DNA of 64,000 nt from the human T2T-CHM13v2.0 reference genome, Homo sapiens: the NCBI RefSeq assembly GCF_009914755.1, contig NC_060929.1; one strand, given 5' to 3'. The notes below the pieces were generated by a model. That model was not told the DNA's origin, ran no database searches, and was given only the letters and a program-made list of their open reading frames with translations. Positions 14,757 to 29,324 of this stretch are shown here, piece by piece (the first letter of the stretch is position 1; every line of letters begins with the position of its first letter). A program made the translations under genes and the position numbers.

Positions 14757-15604
14757 CAAAGGACATGAACAGACACTTATCAGAAGACATACATGCAGCC
14801 AACAAACACATGAAAAAAAAATGTTCAACATCACTGATCATTAGAGAAATGAAAATCAAAACCACAGTGAGGTACCATCTCACACCAGTCAGAATGACTA
14901 TTATTAAAAAGTCAAAAAACAACACATGCTGGTGAGGTTGTGGAGAAAAAGGAACACTTTTACACTGTTGGTGGGAGTGTAAATTAGTTTGACCACTGTG
15001 GAAGACAGTGTGGCAATACCTCAAAGACCTAGAGGCAGAACTACCATTCAACCCAGCAGTCCCATTACTGGGTATATACCCAAAGGAATATAAAGCACTC
15101 TGTTATAAAGATACATGCATGCATATGTTCATTGCAGCACTTTTCACAATAGCAAAGACATGCAATCAACCCAAATGCCCATCAATGATAGACTGGATAA
15201 ACAAAATGTGGTACATATACACCATGGAATACTATGCAGCCATAAAAAGGAACGAGATCATGTCCTTTGCAAGACATGGATGGAGCTGGAAGCCATAATC
15301 TTCCACAAACTAACAGAGGAACACAAATCCAAATACCACATGTTCTCACTTATAAGTGGGAGCTAAATGATGAACACATGGACACATTGACAGGAACAAC
15401 ACATACTGGGGATTGTCAGAGGGTGGGATATGGGAGGAGGGAGAGCATCAGGAAGAACAGCTAATGGATGCTGAGCTTAATACTGAGATGATGGGATGAT
15501 CTGTGCAGCAAACCACCATGGCACATGTTTACCTATGTAACAAACCTACCTATTTTGCACATATTCCCCTGAACTTAAAATAAAAGTGGGAAATTAAAAA
15601 AAAA
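14757..15604 (+). mobile_element. 5'-truncated L1PB/older-L1PA 3' end
   Basis: ORF2 C-terminal fragment (15008-15298), 3'UTR and A-tail. Flanks AAAATTTCAGCCACC / AAAATTCAGTCACC resemble a TSD. Confidence 0.9.
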
Positions 15605-16218
15605 TTCAGTCACCTGGGAAGAACAGGGGCTCAAAATAGAAACTGAGTTACAAAAAAAATAAGAAAAAGTATAATCCTTGAACATCTGATGTTGTAGAGT
15701 GAGATGTAGTTCTACAGACTGCTGTATTACCTTCAAAGCAAAGAGGTTCTCAAAGGAACATGGAAGCATTTTATTTTATTTATTTTTTAGATTAATTATG
15801 CCAAATAAATATTGGATTTTTAAATATGCACTACAGATGGGCCACCAAAGCACAACACTTTGAATAACTACTACTTAACGGACTATAGAAGTAGGCTCTT
15901 CTGATGACATCTATAATAATTTTACTAGACAAGCTGAGTTACTAAATACAGTTTTTCAGTTTCCCAAACCCATTTGTAGGTAATAAATTATCTATGACAA
16001 GTCTAGATGATTAGTAACACTGGCCAAAATGAGTAAAACTTACTCATTCTGCAACTATTTAAACAAGTTCAATAACAATACCACCAAAATCCACTGGTTT
16101 GCATTGGGGAAAGTGTTGGTGTGAGGCATTAACAGAGAAAGCAAAGAAATTAGCACAAAATATGTATGTATGTGTATATGTGAAAAATTGTATTTTCTAA
16201 TTTTTCTAAAATGACCAA

Positions 16219-18481
16219 TGATATGGTTTGGCTGTGTCCCCACCCAAATCTCATCTTGAATTGTAACCCCCACAATTCCCACATGTCATGGGAGGAACCT
16301 GGTGGGAGGTGATTGAGTTATGGGGGCAGGTCTTTCCCAAGCTGTTCTTGTGATAGTAAGTCTCACGAGATCTGATGGTTTTTAAAATGGGGAGTTTCGC
16401 TGCACAAGCTCTCTTCTCTTGTCCACCACCATGTGAGATGTGCCTTTTACCCTCCACCATGATTGTGAGGTTTCCACAGCCATGTGGAACTGTGAGTCCA
16501 TTAAACTTGTTTTTCTTTATAAATTATGCAGTCTTTAGTATGTCTTTATTATCAGCATGAAAATAGAATAATATAGTAAATTGTACCAGTAGAGTGGGGT
16601 GCTGCTGTAAAGATACCCAAAAATGTGAAGGCAACTTTGGAACTGGGTAACCGGCAGAAGTTGGGACAGTTTGGAGGGTTCAAGAGAAGACAAAAAAATG
16701 TGGAAAAGTTTGAAACTTCCTAGAGATTTGTTGAATGGCTCTGACAAAAATGCTGATAATGATATGGACAATGAAATCCAGGCATGGTCTCAGATGGAGA
16801 TGAGCAACTTGTTGGGAACTGGAGTAAAGGTGACCCTTGCTATATTTTAGCAAAGAGACTGGTGGCATTTAGCCACTGCCACCAGATTTGTAGAACTTTG
16901 AACTTGAGGGGGATGATTTAGGGTATCTGGCAGAAGAAATTTCTAAGCAGCAAAACATTCTAAAGGTGACTTCGGTGCTGTTAAAAGCATTCAGTTTTAA
17001 AAGGGAAACAGAGCACATAAGTTCAGAAAATTTGCAACCTGATGACATGATAGAAAAGAAAACCCCATTTTCTGAGGAGAAATTCAAGCCAGCTGCAGAA
17101 ATTTCCATAAATAATGAGGAGCCAAATGTTAATTGCCAAGATAATGGGGAAAATGTCTCCAGGCCATGTCAGAGACCTTTGCGGCAGCCCCACCCATCAC
17201 AGGCCCAGAGACCTAGGAGGAAAAAATGGTTTCATGGGCCATGCACAGGGCCCCCCTGCTGTATGCCACCTAGGGAATTGGTGCCCTGTGTTCCAGCCAC
17301 TCTAGCCATGGTTAAAAGGGACCAAGGTATAGCTCAGGCCATGGCTTCAGAGGGTGAAAGCCCTGAGCCTTGGCAACTTCCACATGATGTTGAACCTGTG
17401 GGTACACAGAAGTAAAGAACTGAGGTTTGGAAACCTTCACCTAGATTTCAGAGGATGTGTGGAAATGCCCGGATGTCCAGGCAGAAGTTTGCTGTGAGGT
17501 GGGGCCCTCATGGAGAACCTCTGCTTGGGCAGTGTGGAAGGGAAATGTGGGGTTGAAGCCCCCACAGAGAGTCCCCACTGGGGCACTGCCTAGTGGAGCT
17601 GTGAGAAGAGGCCATCATCCTCCAGGCCCCAGAGTGGTAGATCCACCGACAGCTTGCACCATGTGCCTGGAAAAGCTACAGACACTGAATGCCAGCCCAT
17701 GAAAGCAGCCAGGAGGGGGCCTGTACCCTGTAAAGCCACAGGGGTGGAACTGCCCAAGACCATGGGAACCCACTCTTGCATCAGCATGACCTGAATGCAA
17801 GACATGGAGTCAAAGGAGATCATTTTGGAGCTTTAAGACTTGACTGCCCTGCTGGATTTCAGACTTGCATGTGGTCTTTAGCCCCTTTGTTTCGGCCAAT
17901 TTCTCCCATTTGGAATGGGTCTATTTTCCCAATGCTGGTACCCCCATTGGATCTAGAAAGTAACTAACTTGCTTTTGATTTTACAGGCTCATAGGCAGAA
18001 GGGACTTGCCTTGTCTCAGATGAGACTTTAAATGGTGGACTTTTGAGTTAGTGCTGAAATGAGTTAAGACTTTGGGAGACTGTTGGGAAGGCATGATTGG
18101 TTTTGAAAAGTGAAGATGTGAGATTTCGGAGGGGCCAGAGGTGGAATGATATGGTTTGGCTGTGTCCCCACCCAAATCTCATCTTGAATTGTAACTCCCA
18201 CAATTTCAACATATCATGGGAGGAACCTGGTAGGGGGTGATTGAATTATGGTGGCAGGTCTTTCCATGCTGTTCTCATGATACTGAATAAGTCTCAAGAG
18301 ATCTGATGGTTTTAAAAAGGGGAGTTTCACTGCACAAGCTCTCTTTTCCTGTCTGCTGCCATGTGAGATGTGCCTTTTACCTTCAGCCATGATTAACTGT
18401 GAGTCCATTAAATGTCTTTCTTTTCTAAATTGCCCAGTCTTGGGTATGTCTTTATCAGCAGCATGAAAACGGACTAATACA
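16219..18481 (+). mobile_element. Full THE1-type MaLR element (LTR 16219-16575, internal region, LTR 18147-18481)
   Basis: Both LTRs start TGATATGGTTTGGCTGTGTCCCCACCCAAATCTCATCTTGAATTGTA; about 1.57 kb internal region; flanks ACCAA / ACCAC. Confidence 0.93.
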
Positions 18482-19142
18482 ACCACAAAGCCCTTTATTT
18501 ACTAGAAAATTAGAAAATGTGTTTTAAAATAGATGTTTTCAATTACCCTTCTAATATAGTCTTAGAAATTTAACAGCACATGATTAAATTTGATTAAGAG
18601 TTTTTTAAGTATTTTAAAATCATGTGATTAACAGCACATGATTAAATATGATTAAGAACCATATCTACAATGTTGCAATTACCTAAGAATTCAGGCAAAG
18701 AACCTATTTTAGTAGGAATATTCAGATAACTAATCAAGTACTTGAAGTAGCTATGGCCCAATAGGGCCTCTGAGCTTCAGGTTTTTTTCTCCTGAAAACG
18801 GAAACAAATATTCATGCAGCCTAACATTTGCAAAAACATCTAGCAGCACCTGATACATAAGCCCACAAAACAATATTTACTGAATTGGCCAACATTTACT
18901 TCCACTCAACATCACTGATGTTGGCCTTTGAAAGAACAAATCAATGAGAAATTGCTAGGAAAAGTCACCTATTCCATCATGGTTCTGCAGTACTCTTCCA
19001 AAGGTAAAACAGACCTTCAGTAGTATCATCTAGCGCAAGCTGTTCCTGAATAACCATCTCCCATTCCTACAGTGGTATTTATATTAATAAATGCTACTGC
19101 ATACCTGCCTAAGAATTCTCCTGACACCTTGCAGCTTTGCTG

Positions 19143-20175
19143 CAAAAGCCAAAATAGAAAAATGGGATCTAATTAAACTAAAGAGTTTCTGCACAGCAAA
19201 AGAAATTATCATCAGAGTGAACATGCAACCTACAGAATGGGAGAAAATTTTTGCAATCTACTCACCTGTCAAAGGGCTAATATCCAGAATCTACAAAGAA
19301 CTTAAACAACTTTACAAGAAAAAAACAAACAACCCCATTAAAAAGTGGGCAAAGGATATGAACAGACACTTCTCAAAAGAAGACATTTATGCAGCCAACA
19401 GACACATCAAAAAATGCTCATGATCACTGGTCATCAAAGAAATGCAAATCAAAACCACAATGAGATACCATCTCATGCCAGTTAGAATGGCGATCATTAA
19501 AAAGTCAGGAAACAACAGATGCTGGAGAGGATGTGGAGAAATAGGAGTGTTTTACACTGTTGGTGGGAGTGTAAATTAGTTCAACTATTGTGGAAGACAG
19601 TGTGGCAATTCCTCAAGGATCTAGAATTAGAAATACCATTTGACCCAGCCATCCCATTACTGGGTATATACCCAAAGGATTATAAATCATGCTGCTATAA
19701 AGACACATGCACGTGTATGTTTATTGCAGCACTATTCACAATAGCAAAGACTTGGAACCAACCCAAATGCCATCAATGATAGACTGGATTAAGAAAATGT
19801 GACACATATACAACATGGAATACTATGCAGCCATAAAAAAGGATGAGTTCATGTCCTTTGCAGGGACATGGATGAAGCTGGAAACCATCATTCCCAGCAA
19901 ACTATCACAAGAATAGAAAACCAAACACTGCATGTTCTCACTTATAGGTGGGAACTGAACATTGAGAACACTTGGACACAGGAAGGGGAACATCACACAT
20001 GGGGGCCTGTTGTGGGGTGGGGGGTTGGGGGAGGGTTAGCATTAGGAGAAATGCCTAATGTAAATGACGAGTTGATGGGTGCAGCAAACCAACATGGCAC
20101 ATGTATACATATGTAACAAACCTGCACGTTGTGCACATGTACCCTAGAACTTAAAAGTATAATTAAAAAAAAAAA
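19143..20175 (+). mobile_element. 5'-truncated L1PA 3' end
   Basis: ORF2 C-terminal fragments, 3'UTR and A-tail. No TSD recognised. Confidence 0.95.
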
Positions 20176-20419
20176 GATTGTTACTAGCTAGAGGAAGCTA
20201 GGAGGGATGGAAGCAAAAGAGAGGTCAACCCTCAGATGGTTGAGGCCTTCGCAACAGAATGAAGACAATCTTTTCTCATTCCACCCATTCTTTTTTCTCA
20301 TCTTCCTTCCTCTCATGTTTCCTCCAATAATATCCACCCACTTTTGCCATCTCTTTTCCTCCTCCTCTTTTGCTTCCACTGCCATAATTTTTTTAATCAC
20401 ATACTGCCCTCAAAGAATT

Positions 20420-20726
20420 CTTTTTTTTTTTTTTCTTGAGACATGGTCTCGCTCTGTCACCCAGGCACTGGAGTGCAGTGGCGCACTCAATCTCAGCTCA
20501 TTGCAACCTCCACCTCCTGGGTTCAAGAGATTGTCCTGCCTCAGCCTTCCAAGTCGCTGGGACTAAAGGCGCCCACCACCACGCCTGGCTAATTTTTTAT
20601 ATTTTTAGTAGAGACAGGGTTTCACCATGTTGGCCAGGCTAGTCCCAAACTCCTGACCTGAAGTGACCCGCCCACCTCAGCCTCCCAAAGTGCTGGGATT
20701 ACAGGTGTGAGCCACCACACCCAACC
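20420..20726 (-). mobile_element. AluS
   Basis: Full dimer on the - strand with T-run; AGAATTC on both flanks. Confidence 0.93.
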
Positions 20727-20952
20727 TAGAATTCCTTTGCTATTAATCAGTAGCCTCAGTAAAAGACAAGTTCTCTATTAAGAAACTGTTAAGAGTAGAT
20801 CTGATATTCCTTTACATGTCAAAAAGAACATTGACATCATCCACACTATCAAGTACTCATTATGAAGGCAACAGAATGAAACAAACAATCATAAAGCCAT
20901 TCTCTTTCACCTCCTACATCAGGAATACTGAATGCTTTGGGGCTTCATCTGA

Positions 20953-21257
<305 letters not shown>

Positions 21258-21268
21258 CTCCAGAATAT

Positions 21269-21370
21269 ATCAATATCGTGAAAATGTCCATATTGCCCAA
21301 AGTAATTTATAAATTCAGTGTTATTCCCATGAAACTACCATTGACATTCTTCACAGAATTAGAAAAAAAC
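21269..21370 (+). mobile_element. Short internal L1 ORF2 fragment
   Basis: Translates [33 protein letters not shown]. Confidence 0.85.
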
Positions 21371-21773
21371 TCATATGATGCAGGGGTTTTCCTCATCACC
21401 CCTTCCAGTTTTTATGGCCAAGTTCATCCCAGAGAAGACTTGTATCATTGAACTATGCCATTCACTCTTCAATTTTCCAAGGCATCCTCTCCTCATTTTT
21501 AGCACCCTTTTCTAAGGCCCTCATACTTCTTAGCTTCCCAGGAACCACCCCACACATAAATTTGTCTCTCTAAGCCTTGCCCTCATCAGGCCAGTGCTCC
21601 GTTCAGTTGATTTGACTTTAAGTCCCAACTACTGCCATCAAAATGTTATCTGTTTCGTGTTCTACTATTTCAGTTTCCTCATCTCAAATAACTATTCTGC
21701 TAAACAAATTCAATATTCTGGTAGAATCCTTTGTTAGATAACAATTTAAGGATCAGCCAACAGATAATTCTTT

Positions 21774-23101
<1,328 letters not shown>

Positions 23102-23204
23102 CCAACAGATAATTCTTTAACCCAAAGGAATGCTTAACAGGGCTTTTTTGGCTCATTGGTAAAGATATTTGTGGAAAAGCTTATTTTTGATACTCTCTAA
23201 ATTA

Positions 23205-23541
23205 TAGTCATTTGAGTTGCTTAATGATGGGGATATGTATTGAGAAATGTATCATTAGGTGGTTTCGTCATTGTGTGACCATCGTGGGGTGTACTTACAC
23301 AAACCTACAGGGTACAGCCTACTACAAACCTAGGATATATGGTATGGCCTATTGTAGGCTACAAACCCATAGAACATGTAACTGTACTTAATACTGTAAG
23401 AAATCTTAATGCAATGGTATCTGTGTATCTAAATATATCTAAACATAGAAAAGGTTCATTAATACTAAGGTATTATAATCTTATGGGACCACCATCCTCT
23501 ATGTGGTCCATCATTGACTGAAACATCACGCAGTGCATTAC
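23205..23541 (+). mobile_element. Tigger3a/MER7-type non-autonomous DNA transposon
   Basis: GTGTACTTACACAAACCTA, CTAAACATAGAAAAGGT and TATAATCTTATGGGACCACC match the recalled consensus. Confidence 0.85.
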
Positions 23542-26094
23542 CTTACCTAACAAAAGCAAATTATATTCTGTGTATACAGAGAACCCGGTCATAGGAAAAA
23601 CCAACTAAAGCTCAGTAAACAATCACAGTATTAACAGAACCTCTGTGTAGGAAAAGACCTTGAAGTTTATCTAGTTTGTAAGTTTTCTTAGGCTAGAAAC
23701 CAGATTATTTATCTTCCACAACAGCTTGCACCATGCCTTCCTTGCACACAGTAAATACTCAAGAAATACATGTTGAATCAATAGATACTTGAACCTCTAT
23801 CTGATGCATAAATCTCCTCTAGATTTTTCCCTATTCCCTACATCCACACTCCCTGTCAGTTATTGTGGATATAGCTAGCACAGTAGCAGTTCTAAGACCG
23901 AAGGCTGTTAATATCAATGCAAAAGGGTGACTATAGATATTTGACTCTCCCTAACCCTCATTAAAGCTATGCCTTCAGTGACATATATTTAATAGAAAAT
24001 GTGACAAGTGCAAAATATAACAACTGTTTATAGTATTAGTACAACATATTTATCAAAAGTAAAGGAATCAGTTCAAATTGTGGTTAGCAGTCTAATCTGA
24101 CTTAAAACAAGATACATCTTCCAAAAGCATTCATATTCTGAAAATAACTCATAGCCACAAAAGGTAAATATTTACAGGACAGAAATCTAGAACAATAGTA
24201 ATAGCAGAAAACTTTTCTGCTTTTTATTTTTACCAACTTGATGTTAATGAAATATAACATTGCCATCAGCATAATACAATAAACATGAAAGGGTACCTAA
24301 TATACTTAGAAATTATGGAAATCCCAAATAATGACAGCAAAAACAAAAATTATGTTTTTACTTTTCCTTTCATATGTCTTTTGTGTTAGTTTGAGAGCAT
24401 ATGACCTTGTTATCTACATACTATAATAAAAAATTGTTAGTGTGCCTAGATGCAGGCATTAAAAATAACTAAACAAAATCATATTTCTCTGTGACTAATA
24501 AAAGACCCATTGCACAGGACCCAGTTCTCATCTTTCTATGTTGGAAGCTGTACTAAATGCAGCTAACCAAGAGAAAAATATCTAAACAACTCTCAGAAGT
24601 AGCATATCTATATATATATATATTACATCTTTGTTGAAATCTCAAATCTTACATTATCTAAAGATTTGAATCACCTTTAAAACGGTATTTATGAAAATTC
24701 TAATCTCCTATCATGTTTACTTGTCCTGTAAGTGGATATATCACTCCTAGTAACATGCCTGTGTCTGACACTACTCATATAGATGAAAGCATACAGTCAT
24801 TTTAGGGATTAACAGAAAAACAGACATTTGCATGGAACATTTCCCTTATTAGATATTATCATGTTAGCATATTTTTACTATTTCTGATTTTACTACAAAA
24901 TAAAATGAGTTTACTTTTACCCTTAAGTTTTTCTGTAATGTATATTGCCGATAATACAAATACTTTAATTGCTCATTAGAAAAATCTCATTTTACTCTAA
25001 AAATTGCCATAGAAATTAGCCCTGAAGAGAACTTATAACACATACAAAAATCAAGATATGACTATGTCAAACTGGTATACTAGTTTCCATTTATACCAAA
25101 TTTTACTTTTAAACATTACTTTAAAAGTTAAAGATATATTTTTGAAAATCCCAGGCTAGATCACATAGTCATTAGAATGTTATTTGGCCTCTTTCTAAAT
25201 TAGTGCCAAAATGAATCAATTAGACAAGAATCAATTAGCAAAAAACTATATACTGATCAACTGACTTAACAACTAGCCAAACTGTATATTCAAAAAGCCA
25301 TCCATTCTTCTGTCCGAAAGTCTCATTTGGGGTGGGCAGAAGTATGCATTGGCACTTTTCTGGAAAGCAATTTGGTAAGATATGTTGTGTTAATGTTCAT
25401 TCTCTCTGACCAGTAATTCTACTCCTAAGAATTATCCTAAGGCAATATTCAGAAATGCAACAAAGTTTTATGTATAAAGACGTGCATTCCAACATTATTT
25501 ACTGGACAAGGAAAAATATCCAAACATCAAAAAGAGTTTAATTTTTTAAAAATGAATGCAATGCAGCCATTTAAATCACAATATGAATAGAATATAATAA
25601 CCTAATAAAATTTTCAGAAAATGTATATAAAATATATGAAAAATTTCTGTAGTAATTACACCTTTGGTTACAGGTGATAACTTACATTTTTCATATTTTT
25701 AGGAGTTTATAAGACTGCTATTCAAGAATAATTGAATTTTTTACACTGAACTAGTATAAACAAAGATTGTTAGAAGCCATTTTAATGAGTGATAGTCGTA
25801 TTGTATTTCACATGCACAGTAAAGAAAGAACTGTTGGTCATAAGTTGATGACTGTAATCAGCTGGCTCCTTCTGAAGCACCATGGACAATGGTAAAGGTT
25901 CCCCGGTTAATAATTATCAATAATCAAATTAGGAGAGCATTTATGTTAACAATTTGTATTTCCATCAAAGGTGAACTTATTTAACCAATAGCTGCGTATC
26001 TCACTAGGGACAGTTAATACAACAAAACCGCTTGAAAAAGGTATAGAACCAATATTCATTTATTGAGTATGTAACAAGTACAATCTAAACCCTT

Positions 26095-26235
26095 TATTTC
26101 ATTTAATCCTTACAGTACTATACAGTATGTATTATTATCCATTTTCAGAGGAGGGAACTGAAGCTCAGAGAGATTAGATAACTTATATAAGTTCACAAAG
26201 CTGGTAAATAGTGTTGCTATAATTTGAACCCAGCC
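26095..26235 (-). mobile_element. MIR SINE core
   Basis: ATTATTATCCATTTTCAGAGGAGGGAACTGAAGCTCAGAGAG...TTTGAACCCAG is the reverse of the MIR core. Confidence 0.75.
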
Positions 26236-27775
26236 TTTTCATATGCAGAATCCTTAATGATATCAATGAAGGAAATTACACTGTAATGATGAGATTGTTC
26301 GGCTTGCATAAGATAATGAACTTGAAAATATTTCAACTGTAAAGCATTAAATAAATAATTTTGAAAAGACAATCATGAATTTGCTGATCATTAATAGTTT
26401 TTGACAGAGTCCACATAATTAAGTTAAGAGAAAGACAAATGTTTTAATTAATGTTCAACAAGATAATGCCTAATATCTTGTGCCAGGAAATAGTAGGTGT
26501 GCAATAAATACTTGTGTTATTGAACCAAATTAACTTGATACTGACTAAAATAAAAATAGAAATATGTAAATATCTCTTAGCTACTCTCCATAAGCTACAT
26601 GAATATACTCTCACTCAAGATATAAAAAATTAAATTTGCTAAATGATTATACATATATGTAAAATATTTAATTGACATTTCAGACTACTAATCATTAGGT
26701 AGAAAAATCTGTGGGTTGTTTTTGGGGGTGAAGAGATATTCACATATATACAAAAAAAACAGAAATCACACACACAGAGTGGTACATTTAGTACCTAAGC
26801 AAACCAACACTATATTGAATAAAAATCTAGAATGGATAAAATAATTAAGAATGTTTCCATTTTAACTCTGAAAATGTAATAATTAAAATTTTTAATCTGA
26901 ACATTACCTTCCCTTTAAACAAAGCATTCCAGTGATATCTAAAAATTTCCTATTTTGGATATTTGAAATAATAGCTCCTAATCATTTAAATAACCTGCTA
27001 AAATGCTGTTAAATCAAAATTAAATGCCTGTTGTTTTGATTTAAACATGACCTGAACAATTTTTGCCTATTTTTACCAATATATAAAACATATACCACCT
27101 ATACCATTAAGATGATTAAACCAAGTTAAGGCCCATGTGTCATGTAAATTTCCAAAGTTCAAATATTTTTGTTGCTGCCAAATGCAGCAAGGGTGGGCTT
27201 TTCCTTGCTATTATTTAGTTTACAGTTTAAATTGCTACAGACAATCAAGGAACAAATTGGGAATAAAAACAATATGTTACTGATGCACCAAGAAAAATGA
27301 ACAGATATGGATACTGTCAGATAAATGCACTAAAATCTGCCATATATAAGGTAAACCAGAGTTTCTTTCTGAGTAATAAAGATATGAATTATTCTTTTCT
27401 GCCAATATATTCTGTTGATCTTTAGCGATAGAATAAATTAATTCTAAAATATTTTTATCTAAAAATACTTACAGTTCACTCTTACCTACTTAATCAGTAT
27501 TGTCATCCCAAGGGAAAATATTAAATATACAGAGGTTTCTTTGGAAGCCTCCCGTTGCCTCACAAGTATATAATTAGTTACATTCCCCACACACTTTTTC
27601 CTACTCCAAGATTTCAATTATTATTAATGATTAAGTTAACTGAAGTTGGTATCCCCTTTCCCATCTGCCAGGCTTATTTGAGGTTTTAATATACCCTTAA
27701 ATATATATATTATATATATAAAGTATGCTTCAATATATATATTGAAGAATGCTATAGTATATTCCTAAAGACCAA

Positions 27776-27803
27776 ACACACACACACACATACACACACA
27801 CAC
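27776..27803. repeat. (CA)n microsatellite
   Basis: CA run with one interruption. Confidence 0.9.
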
Positions 27804-28530
27804 TCAAATCCCTTTTTGAGATACAAAGGAATTGAGACTATCCCACAGAACAACAGACTCTGGTTGATATTCTGGAAAGTAGACCTTGCTTAGCCACTAT
27901 TCAAATTTAAATAGTGGCACAGCATAGATAACCTACTCATGGATACTTGAGAAATTAATTAGCAACTCTCCAAGATCATTTATATAATTTGCTTTGAGTT
28001 CAAATGAAACTAGCTTATAAAAATATCAGTATCCTTTATGTCTTCTTTGTAAATAATTATAAATTATAGAATTTAGATTAATAAACAGAGCTAAAAGATA
28101 AATTAAAACTATATTATTATTACTTGATATTATTAACCAGAACATAATTATAAATAAAGCGGAAAGGATTAACTAAATCAGTTGAGTTAAACTTATAACA
28201 CAAAATTTATCTCCTCTAATGTTTCAATAATTATATTTTTCAGGCACTTTGTATACAAAATTGTCAATCTTATCACATGTATTACTGTACAAGATTTGTT
28301 AAGATGACCAAATTTTAATCGATTTAGAAAGTAAAAAAGGCTTAAGAAAAAGAATTGTATAGTAATTCTAATAACATGTCAATAACTTGTCACAGTTACT
28401 TGCTCAGGTTCATCTTACCCACTGTTAGATTCCCAGAACCAAGTATACTGCCTATAACAGTACAATACTCAATAATATTAAATTGAAGTTACATCTTTCA
28501 GCAGGCTGTACCAAAATTATTTTTTAAGAA

Positions 28531-28919
28531 TGTCTTAGTCCATTCAGGCTGCTATAACAGAATACCATAGGCTAGATGGCTTATAAGCAACAGAAACTTA
28601 CTTCTTACAGCTCTGGAGGCTGGGAAGTCTAAGATCGAGGAACTAACAGATCCAGTGCCTGGTGAGGGCCTGCTTCCTAACTCATAGATGGGTGTCTACT
28701 TATTCGTTGTCTTCACATGACAGAAGGGGCAAAGCAGTTCTCTTGGGGTGTATTTTTATAATGGCACTAATACCATTCATGAGGGCTCCTATGACCTAAT
28801 CTCCCTACCCTAATCATGACTCTCATGACTTAATTACCTGCTAAAGGCCAAGCCAATACATTGGAGATTAGGTTTCAACATACAAATTTGGGGAGAACAT
28901 AGACATTCAGTCTATAGCA
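28531..28919 (-). mobile_element. MaLR solo LTR (MLT1A/MST-like)
   Basis: TGTCTTAGTCCATTCAGGCTGCTATAACAGAATACCATAGGCT ... CAGTCTATAGCA; flanks AAGAA / AAGAT. Confidence 0.85.
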
Positions 28920-28932
28920 AAGATGATTTCCC

Positions 28933-29324
<392 letters not shown>

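Noticed and set aside
16535-17967. ORFs in the THE1 internal region (also 59269-60434)
   Set aside because: Fragmented remnants of non-autonomous MaLR internal sequence.
26908-26938. Possible 31-nt minus-strand exon (tttttag|ATATCAC...GGGAAG|gtaatg)
   Set aside because: Poor pyrimidine tract; such matches are expected by chance.
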